From the human T2T-CHM13v2.0 reference genome, Homo sapiens, in assembly GCA_009914755.4 (NCBI GenBank), contig CP086569.2, positions 10,912,001 to 10,976,000 on the forward strand: a stretch of DNA of 64,000 bases. Direction: 5' to 3'. Made by a program: the position numbers and the translations under genes. The notes beneath the pieces were generated by a model. The model ran no database searches. It saw only the letters and a list, made by a program, of their open reading frames with translations, and had not been told where the DNA came from. Below are positions 54,331-64,000 of the stretch, piece after piece (the first letter of the stretch is position 1; each line of letters starts with the position of its first letter).

Positions 54331-56443
54331 GCATTCTCTTCCATTCCTCTGCACTCCAGTCAACTCCATTCAACTCCAATTCTCTCCTCTCCCCTTTGTT
54401 CTTTTCCGTTCCATTTTATTCCGGTCCCTTCCATTCCTTTATTTCTACTGGATCTCACACTGTCACCCAGAATGGAGTGCTGTGGCACAATCTAGCTCAC
54501 ATTTCATTTCACCATTCCATTCCATTCCATTCCATTCCATTCCATTCCATTCCACTCCATTCCATTCCTGTCCATTCCACTCCATCACATTCCACTCCAC
54601 TCCACTCCACTCCAGTCTATTCCATTCCATTCCATTACACTGCAGTCTGATCAACTCCACTCAAATCCTCTCCATGGCAAGCCACTCCACTCCGTTCCAT
54701 TCCATTCCCTTCCAATCCACTCCTTCCATTCCGCTCAACTCCATTCCATTCCATTCCTTTATTTAGAATGGAACTCACTTTGTCACTCAGAATGGATTGC
54801 AGTGTTCTTATCTTAGCTCACATTTCAATCACCATTCGATACAATTCCATTCCATTGCATAACATACCATTGAATTCCATTCCATTTCACTGCATTATGA
54901 GACAATCCACTTAACTCCACTCCACTCCATTCCACTCTGTTCCATTCCATTCCATTCCGCTCCATTTCTTTCCGTTCTTTTCCATTCCATTCCATTCCAC
55001 TTCGCTCCATTCCACTCCACTCCACTCCACTGCATTCAATTCCATTTAATTCAACTGCCCTGCGATCCACTCTACTCAATTTCACTCCATTCGACTCCAA
55101 TCCTCCCAAATCCACTCCATTCCCCTTCACTTCACTAAAATCTAGTTCATTCTACTCCACTCCACTCCATTCCATTCCATTCCATTCTATTCCACTACCC
55201 TCCATTCCTCTCCACTGCACTCCACTCCACTCAGTTCAATTCCATTCCACTCCATTCTATTCCTCTCCACTCCACTGCACTCCACTCCATTCAGTTCAAT
55301 TCCATTCCACTCCACTCCATTCTATTTCATTCCACTCCATTCCATTCCACTCCACTCCACTGCACTCCTCTCCACTCAATTCAGTTTCAGTCCACTCCAC
55401 TCCATTCCATTTCATTCCACTCAACTCCATTCCATTCCACTCCATTCCACTCCTCTCCACTGCACTCCGCTCCACTCAATTCAATTTCATTCCACTCCAG
55501 TCCACTCCATTCCATTCCACTGCACTCCGATCCACTCCACTCTACTCAAGTCCACTGTACTCCACTCTACTCTGTTCTGCTCCATTCTCTATCATTCCTT
55601 TCCATTGCATTCCATTCCACTCCACTCCACCCCACTCATCTCCGTTCCAATCCATTCCGTTCCATTCTACTCCATTCCATTCCGCACCATTCTACTGAAT
55701 TCCATTCCTCTCTATTCCACTCCATTCCACTCCCATCCATTCTACTCCACTCCATTCCACTCCACTCCACTCAATTGCATTCCATTCCTTTCCATTCTAT
55801 TCCACTGTTCTCTGATTTTCTCCACTCAGTTTCACTCCACGCCACTCCACTCCGTTCTGCTCCATGCCTTTCTATTCTGTTCCATTCCCTTCCATTCCAT
55901 TTCAGTGCATTCCATTCCACTTCACTCCGTTCCATTCCAGTCAATTACACTCCACTCCACTACGTTACATTCCAATACACGCCATTCCATTCCATTCCAC
56001 TGCACTGTGATCCACTCCACTCAACTCCACTGAACTCCACTCCGTTCCATTCCATTCCTTTCAATTCCAATCTGTTTTATATGTTGAATTCCACTGCATT
56101 CCATTCCTTTCCACCTCATTCCACTCTACTCAACACGATTCCACTCCTCTTCCCTCCAATCCATTCCATTCCAATCCAATCCATTCCATTCCACTCCTTT
56201 CCATTCCAATCCATTCCACTCCATTCCAATCTAGTCGATTCCGCTTCACTCCATTCCACCCCAATGCACTCGATTCCATTCCATTCCAATCCATTCCATT
56301 CCATTCCATTCCATTCCACTCTATTCCACTCCACTCCACTCCATTACCCTCCACCCCTTTCCAGTCCACTCCAATGCATTACAATCCATTCCGTTCCACT
56401 CCACTCCATTCCATTCGATTCTACTGCATTCCATTCAATTGCT

Positions 56444-56505
56444 TTATTTCGAATCTATCTCACTCTGTCAAAAATCCTGGAGTGCAGTGGCACAATCTTA
56501 GCTCA
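56444..56505 (-). mobile_element. Alu 3'-end relic (antisense), subtype-2
   Basis: ttatttcgaatctatctcactctgtcaaaaatcctggagtgcagtggcacaatcttagctcag. Confidence 0.75.
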
Positions 56506-57040
56506 GATTTCATTTCCCCATTCCATTCCATGCCATTCCATTCAATTCCATTGCAGTCCATTCCATTCCATTTCATTCATTTCCATTCCATTCAATTCCA
56601 TTCCATTGCATTCCACAGAACTCCACTCCACTCCACCCCACAACACTCCATTAAACTCCATTTCACACCACTCCATTCCATTTCATTCCATTCCATTCCA
56701 TTCTATTCCACTACATTCCATTCCATTCTACACCAATCAACTCCACTGCATTACTCTCCACTCCATTCCTCTCCACTCTACTCCTTTTCATGCCATTCCA
56801 TTCCATTCCACTCCATTCCATGACATTCCATTCCACTCCACTAGGTTCCACTCGACTCCATTCAACTCAATTACACTCCATTCCTCTGTATTCCATTCCA
56901 CTACACTCCATTCCATTCCATTCTACTCCATTCCATTTCATTCCTTTATTTCGACTGAATCTCACTGTGTCACGCAAACTGGAGTGCTGTGGCCCAATCT
57001 TAGCTCACATTTCATTGATGATTATAAAACATTTCATTTC

Positions 57041-57100
57041 ATTCCATTCCATTCCATTCCATTCCATTCCATTCCATTCCATTCCATTCCATTCCATTCC
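57041..57100. repeat. Perfect (ATTCC)12 tract
   Basis: attccattcc uninterrupted. Confidence 0.9.
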
Positions 57101-58293
57101 ACTGCACTCTGATCCACTCTACTTGAATCCACTCCACTCCACTCTATTCCTTTCCATTCCAATCCGTTCAATTCCGTTCCATTCCACTCCACCCAGCTCT
57201 GTTCCATTCCACTTAATTCCACTCCACTCCTCTCCACTTCACTTAATTCCCATCCATTCCACTCCATTCCATTCTAATCTATTCCATTCCATTCCATTCC
57301 ATTCCATTCCATTCCATTCCATTCCGCTCCATTCCATTCCATTCCATTCCTTTCTTTTCCACTCCACTCCATTCCACTCCACTCCTCTCCACTCCACTAT
57401 CCTCCATTTCATTCCATTCCACTCCACTCCACTCCACTCCATTCCATTCCTTTCCATTCCATTCCACTGAACTCCCATCCACTCCGCTCAACTCCACTCC
57501 CCTCCACGCCACTCCAATTATTTCCTTTCCATTCCTTTCACTCCACTCTATTACATTCCATTCTATTGCTTTCCATTCTATTCCTTTATTGCGACAGTAT
57601 CTCACTCTGTCACTCAGAATGAAGTATAGTGGCCCTATCTCACCTCACATTTCATTCACAATTCAATTCCATTCCATACAATTCCATTGCATTGCATTCC
57701 ATTCCATTCCATTCTTTGCCATTTCACTCCACTCCACTCCATTGCACTCCACTCAATTCCATTCCATTCGACTCCACTCCACTATATTCCATTCCATTCC
57801 ATTCCATTCCATTTCCTTACAATCCATTCCATTAGACTGCACTCAGATCCAACCCATTCCACTTCACTCCGATCCTTTCTGTTTCACATTATTCCTTTCC
57901 ATTCTATTCCATTCCATTCCACTCCATTTCACTCCACTCCAGTCCAATCCACTCCATTCCATTCCATTCCATTTCATTCCACTGCATTCTGATCCACTCC
58001 ACTGAACTCCACTTCACTCTACTCCACTCCACTCCATTTCATTCTGTTCCATTCGAATCCATTCCTTTCCATTCCATTTCATTCCATTCCGCTCCACTCC
58101 ATTCCACTCCACTGAATTCCAATCCATTCTCTTCCTTTCCACTCCATTCCATTTCCTTCCATTCCGCTCCATTCCACTCCATTCCTCTCCAGTCCATTCC
58201 ACTCCTCTCCACTCCACCTAACTGCACTCCATTCCAATCTTTTCCATTCCACACCACTCCATTCCATTCGATTTTACTCCATTCCATTCCATT

Positions 58294-58356
58294 CTTTATT
58301 TCGGCTGGAACTCACTCTCTCACCCAGACTGGAGTCTAGTCCCACATTGTTATCTC
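58294..58356 (-). mobile_element. Alu 3'-end relic (antisense), subtype-2
   Basis: ttatttcggctggaactcactctctcacccagactggagtctagtcccacattgttatctcac. Confidence 0.7.
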
Positions 58357-61071
58357 ACATTTCATTTCACCTTTCCATTGTATTGCATTGCATTCCATTC
58401 CATTCCATTGATTCCATTCCATTCAACTCAACTCCACTCCAAAGCACTCAACTCCACTCCACTTCACTCCACTCCACTCCATTCTGGTGCGTTCCGTTCC
58501 ATTACGTTCCATTCCATTCAATTCCGTTCCATTGTATTCCATTCCACTCCATTCCATTCTATTCCATTCCATGCCATTCCATTCAATTGCACTCCGATCC
58601 ACTCCACTCAACTCCATTCCTCTCCATTCCACTCCATTCTGTTCTATTCCATTCCATTCCATTGCTTTCCATTCCATTCCATTCCATTCCACTTTATCCC
58701 ATTCCACTCCATTCCACTGCACTCCACTCCAATCCACTCCACTCCACACCATTCCATTCTATTCCACTCCACCCCATTCCACTCCACTCAACTCAACTCC
58801 ACTCCATTCCACTCCACTCCGTTCCATTGTATTCCGTTCCGTTCCATTCTCTTCCATTCCACTCCATTCCATCTCTCCACTCAATTCCACTCCACTCCAA
58901 TTCACTCTGTGCAATTAAATTTCACTCCAGTCCACTTCCCTGGACCACGCTCCATTCCACACCACTCCATTATGTTCCATTCCTTTCCATTCCATTCCAT
59001 TCCATTCCACTCCATTGCATTCCACTCCACTCCATGACACTCCACTGCATTTCACCCAATCCCTCCATTCCACTCCACTCATCTCCATTCCATTCAACTT
59101 CACTCCTTTCCATTTTGTTCCATTCCATTGTGTTCCATTCCATTCCACTCCATTTCATTCCACTCTACTCCATGTCACTCCACTCCATTTCACCCATTCC
59201 CTCCATTGCACTCCACTCATTTCCATTCCATTCCACTTCACTCCTTTCCATTCTTTTCCATTCCATTCTATTCCATTCCACTCCCCCCCATTCCACTCCA
59301 CGCCACTCCATTCCAATCCATTCCATTCCACTCCACAACTTTCCATTGTATTTTAATTTATTCCATTCCATTCCTTTATTTCGACTGGAATTCACAATCT
59401 CACCCAGACTGGAGTGTAGTGGAACATTCATAGCTCACATTTCATTTCACCCTTTCATTCTATTCCATTCCATTCCATTCCATTCCATTCCATTCCATTC
59501 CATTCCATTCCACTCCATTCCATTCCATTCCATTCCACTCCATTCCATTCTATTGCTCTCACGTCCACTCCACTCTACTCAAGTCCACTTCACTTCACTC
59601 CACTCACCTCCATTCCAGTGAGCTCCATGCCTTTCCGTCCCATTCTATTCCATTCCATTCTATTCCAAACCATATAATTGCATTCCATTCTGTTGCATTC
59701 CATTCCATTCCATTCCATTCACTCCTTTCCATTCCACGCCATTCCACTCTATTCCACTCTGCTCCAATTTACTCCACTCCATTTCATTCCACTCCATTCC
59801 ACTCCAATCCACTCCATTCCATTCCATTCCATTCCATCCCATTCCATTCCATTCCAGTGCACTCCGATCCACTTCACTCAAATCCATTCCACTCCACTCC
59901 ACTCTGTTTCATTCTGTTCCATTCCATTCCTTTCCATTCCGTACCATTAAACTCCATTCCATTTCACTCCACTCCATTTGAACCCATTCTCTTCCATTCC
60001 ACTCCAATCAGTTTCATTCAATTCCACTCCATTCCTCTACAGTCTATTCTACTCCACTCCATTCCACCCTAATACACTCCATTCCAATCTCTTCACTTCC
60101 ACTCCACTCCATTCCATTCGATTTTTCTCCATTCCATTTAATTCTTTATTTCGACTGGAACTCACTTTCTTATCCAGACTGGAGTACAGTGGCACATTGT
60201 TAGCTCACATTACACTTCACCTTTCCATTCCATTCCTTTCCATTCCATTCCATTCAATTCCATTGTGTTCCATTCCATTCCATTCCATTGCATTCCACTC
60301 AACTCCACTCCGCTGCACTCAGCTCCACTCCACTCCACTCCACTCCATTCTGGTTCCTTCCATTCCGTTCCTTTCCTTTCCATTCCATTCGGTTCCATTG
60401 CATTCCATTCTACTCTATTCAATTCCATGCCGTTCCATTCCACTGCACTCCGATCCACTCTGCTCAACTCAACTCCACTCAATTCCACTCCATTCCAATC
60501 CATTCCATTTCATTCCATTGCATTCCATTCCTTTCCATTCCACTCTACTCTATTCCATTCCACTCCATTACACTCCATCCCACTTCACTCCACTCCAATC
60601 AACTCCATCCCACTCCATTCTATTCCTTTCTATTCCACTGTACTCCAATCCACTCGACTCAATGCAAATTCGCTCCATTCCACTCTACTCCTTTCCATTT
60701 CATTCCGTTCCATTCTGTTCTCTTCCATTCAATTCCATTCCATTCATCTCCACTCAATTCCTCTCCACTCCAACTCACTACATGCCATTAAATTCCACTC
60801 CACTCCACTTCCCTCAACTCCACTCCATTCCACTCCACTACTTTAGGTTCCATTCCTTTCCTTTCCATTCCATTTGATTCCACTCCATTGCATTCTACCT
60901 GACTCCATTCCACTCCACTCCATTTCAATACATTCCACTCCACTCATCTCCATTCCCTTCCACTCCACTCCTTCCCATTCCACTCCATTCCATTCCATTC
61001 CATTCCACTGCACTCCATTCCATTCCACTCCATTCCATTCCATTCTATTTTACTCCATTCCATTCCATTCC

Positions 61072-61133
61072 TTTATTTCGATTGGAACTCACTGTCTCAC
61101 CCAGACTGGAGTGCAGTGGTACATTCTTAGTTC
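61072..61133 (-). mobile_element. Alu 3'-end relic (antisense), subtype-2
   Basis: ttatttcgattggaactcactgtctcacccagactggagtgcagtggtacattcttagttcac. Confidence 0.75.
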
Positions 61134-62608
61134 ACATTTCATTTCACCCTTCCATTCCATTCCATTCCATTCCATTCCACGCCACTCCACTCCACTCCTC
61201 TCCATTCCATTCCATTCCATTCCATTCCATTCCATTCCATTCCATTCCATTCCATTCTATTCAATTTCGTTCCATTCCGTTCCGTTCCATTCCGTTCCAT
61301 TCCATTACATTCCATTCCATTGCACTCAACTCCACTTCACTCCACTCAACTCAACTCCAATTCACTCCACTCCATTCCATTCTGGTGTGCTCCATTCCAT
61401 TCCGTTCCACTCCATTCTATTCCGTTCTATTCTATTCAAATCTGTTCAATTGCATTCCATTCTTTTACATCACATTCCATTCCAATCCACTCCATTCCAT
61501 TCCACTCCCTTCCAATCCAATCCACTCCACTCGATTCCACTCCACTCCATTTCACTGCACTCCACTCCAATCCAATCCATTCCATTCCACTCCATTCCAT
61601 TCCACTGCACTCCAATCCACTCCACTCAACTCCACTCCACTCCACTCATCTCTGTTTCATTCCGTTCCATTCCATTCCATTCCATTCCATTCCATTCCAT
61701 TCCATTACTGTCCATTCCATTCCACTCCACTCCCTTCCACTCCACTATTTCTGATGCCATTCACCTCCATTCCCCTCCACTCCAGTCCACTCCACTCAAA
61801 TCAACTCCATTCCATTCCATTCCACTACATTCCATTCCATTCCACTACATTCCACTTTATTCCAATCCACTCCATACCACTCCACTCCATTCATCTCCAC
61901 TCCACTCCATTCCTCTCCACTCCACTCCATTACACTCCATTCCATTCCACTGCACACTATTCCATTCCATTCTACTCCACTCCATTCCATTCCTTTATTT
62001 CAACAGATCTCACTCTGTCACTTTTAATGAAGTGCAGTAGCACAATCTTAGCTCACATTTCATTTCACCATTCTATTCCATTTAATTCCATTGAACTCCA
62101 TTCCATTCCATTCCACTCTAATACACTCAGCTAAACTCCACTGCATTCCATTCCATTCCATTGTGTTCCATTCCACTGGACTCTGATCCACTCCACTCAA
62201 CTCCAGTACACTCCACCCCACTTCACTCTATTCCATTTTGTCTTTTCCGATAGTTTCCGTTCCTTTCCTCTCAGTTCCATTCCAGTCCACTGCATTCCAC
62301 TCCACTCCACTGCACTCCATTCCACTCCAATCCACTCCATTCCATTCTACTCCATTGCATTCAACTCCATTCCATTCCATTCCACTCCATTCCACTCCTC
62401 TCCATCTCCCTCATCTCCATTCCACTGCACTCTGCTCCACTCCATTCCATTCCATTCCATTCCACTCCATTCCATTCCAGTCCACTCCACTCCACTCTCC
62501 TCAACTACATTCCACTCCACTCCATTCCCATCCACTACATTCCACTGCATTCCATTCCATTCCACTCCACTCCATTCCATTCCTTTCTACTTGATTCCAT
62601 TCCATTAC

Positions 62609-62673
62609 TTTATTTCGACTGGATCTCACTCTGTCACCCAAACTGGAGTGCTGTGGTACAATCTCAGCTAACA
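62609..62673 (-). mobile_element. Alu 3'-end relic (antisense), subtype-2; last copy in the window
   Basis: tatttcgactggatctcactctgtcacccaaactggagtgctgtggtacaatctcagctaac. Confidence 0.75.
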
Positions 62674-64000
62674 TTTCCTTTCACATTTCCATTCTATTTC
62701 ATTCCATTCAATTGCATTACATTCCATTCAATTGCATTCCATTCCATTCGACTCCACTGCATTCCCCTCCACTCTACTCCACTCCTCTGAATTCCATTCC
62801 ACTCCACTCCATTCCACTCCATTCCATTCCATTCTACTACATTCCATTCCATTACATTCCACTGCATTCCACTCCGTTCCACTCCACTCCTCTCCACTGT
62901 ACTCCACTCCATTCCATTCCACTCCACTCCATTCCATTCCACTCTATTCCATTCAAATCCATTCCACTCCACTCCACTCCATTCCATTCCACCCCACTCC
63001 TACTTGACTCCACTCTATTCCATTCTCTACCATTCCATTCCACAACACTCCATTCCATTCCACACCACTCCACTAATCTCCACTCCACTCCACTGCATTC
63101 CATTCCATTCCACTCCACTCCACTCCAATCCATTCCATTCCATTCCTGTGCACTCTAATAAAATCCACTGAACTCCATTTCACTCCAGTCCATATCACTT
63201 TGTTCCATTCCATTCCATTCCATTCCATTCCATTCCATTCCATTCCATTCCATTCCACTGCACTCCATTCCATTCCATTCCACTCCACCCGACTCGACTC
63301 CACTCAAATCCACTCCAATCCAATCCACTCCACTCTACTCCATTCCATTCCATTCCACTGCATTCCATTGCACACCATTCCATTTCACACGACTCCAGTC
63401 CATTCCACTTCAATCCATTCCTTTCCATTCCACCTCACTCCACTCCATTCCTATCCATTCCATTCCATTCCTTTCCATTCCATTCCATTCCATTGCACTC
63501 CACTCCATTCCATTCCACTCTATTCCATTCAAATCCTCTCCACTCCACTCTGTTCCATTCCACCCCACTCCTACTTGACTCCACTCTATTCCATTCTCTA
63601 CCATTCCATTCCATAACACTCCATTCCATTCCACTCCAATCCACTAACCTCCACTCCACTCCACTCCACTCCACTGCATTCCATTCCATTCCACTCCACT
63701 CCACTCCATTCCATTCCATTCCATTCCTGTGCACTGTGATAAAATCCACTCAACTCCATTTCACTCCAGTCCATATCACTCTCTTCCCTTCCATTCCATT
63801 ACATTCCTATCCATTCCATTTCATTCCATTCCTTTCCCCTGCACTCCATTCTATTCCATTCCACTCTACCCCACTCGACTCCACTCAAATCAACTCCAAT
63901 GCAATCCACCCCACTCTACTCCATTCCCTTCCACTCCACTGCATTCCGTTGCACACCATTCCATTTCACACGACTCCACTCCTTTCCACTTCAATCCATT

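Larger units (their letters stand above)
1..64000. repeat. Satellite-3-like pentameric satellite array (CCATT/ATTCC on + strand, i.e. (GGAAT)n/(CATTC)n family), continuous over the whole window in one orientation
   Basis: Seen directly: more than 90 percent of the window is ccatt/ccact/ccgtt/tcatt pentamer variants. The + strand is almost G-free outside the Alu relics. Stop-free artefactual ORFs read HSIPFHSIPF on + and MEWNGMEWNG on -. The pentamer identity follows established knowledge of human satellite II/III. Confidence 0.95.

Noticed and set aside
373-62673. Intact or independently inserted Alu/SINE or other retrotransposons
   Set aside because: Only the terminal about 60 nt of the Alu right arm is ever present. 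The truncation point is essentially the same in all copies, and there are no target-site duplications or poly-A tails beyond TTTCTTTT. This is consistent with one ancient insertion co-amplified with the satellite, not with about 165 insertions. No L1, SVA or LTR sequence was seen.
1-64000. CRISPR-like appearance: a conserved about 60-80 bp repeat separated by variable-length 'spacers'
   Set aside because: The 'spacers' are themselves low-complexity pentamer satellite of very unequal length (150-1600 bp). The repeats are diverged Alu relics, not palindromic CRISPR repeats. There are no cas genes and no prokaryotic coding density. The composition and Alu content indicate a primate genome.
1-64000. 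A prokaryotic or phage accessory region with a novel defence or other system, as the task hints
   Set aside because: Nothing in the window supports it. There are no credible CDS, RBS or promoter-like architecture, and no tRNA or integrase. The sequence is eukaryotic (primate) pericentromeric or acrocentric-type satellite. I prefer to report no system rather than invent one.
1-64000. Alpha satellite (171 bp), beta satellite (68 bp), HSat1 (AT-rich) or telomeric TTAGGG repeats
   Set aside because: There is no 171- or 68-bp periodicity, no AT-rich 42-bp units and no TTAGGG/CCCTAA runs. The unit is a 5-mer of the CATTC/GGAAT family throughout.
1-64000. Strand switch or inversion within the array
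   Set aside because: Every pentamer tract reads CCATT-type on the + strand and every Alu relic is antisense, so the array is in a single orientation across the window.

Overview
This window is satellite heterochromatin, not a gene-bearing or prokaryotic locus, and I found no candidate for a novel protein-based biological system. Claiming one would be unsupported.

All 64 kb are one uninterrupted, single-orientation array of primate (human-type) satellite-3-like DNA. The + strand carries degenerate CCATT/ATTCC pentamers, i.e. the (GGAAT)n/(CATTC)n family.

Almost every sub-unit of the array carries a 60-80 bp relic of the 3' end of an Alu SINE. The relics are antisense, CpG-decayed, and number about 165 copies at 0.15-1.6 kb spacing. 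They are evidently amplified as part of the satellite unit rather than independent insertions.

No CDS, tRNA, rRNA, CRISPR, telomeric or alpha-satellite signal and no intact mobile element is supportable. Every ORF in the supplied track is a translation artefact of the pentamer: HSIPF-type peptides on +, MEWNG-type on -. Stop codons cannot arise in pure CCATT/GGAAT runs.

What is worth a second look is the architecture:
- Nested periodicities: 5 bp; about 0.67 kb and about 1.3 kb sub-repeats; a 3.28 kb unit; and segmental copies at offsets of about 9-13 kb, about 20-21 kb, about 32.6 kb and about 35.9 kb.
- The large blocks occur in a different order in each copy, and sub-unit copy number varies (1 vs 2 vs 3 of the 1.3 kb unit). 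This pattern is typical of unequal crossing-over.
- Copy-specific tandem duplications of 370, 550 and 670 bp are present.
- Two distinguishable unit subtypes interleave. Subtype 1 has dense Alu relics with a TTTGACAGGATCTCAC flank. Subtype 2 has sparse relics with a TTTATTTCGACTGGATCTCAC flank and more degenerate pentamers.
- The classical HSat3 CAACCCGA 10-mer is absent.

The chromosomal origin cannot be assigned from sequence alone. All coordinates are +/- a few bp.
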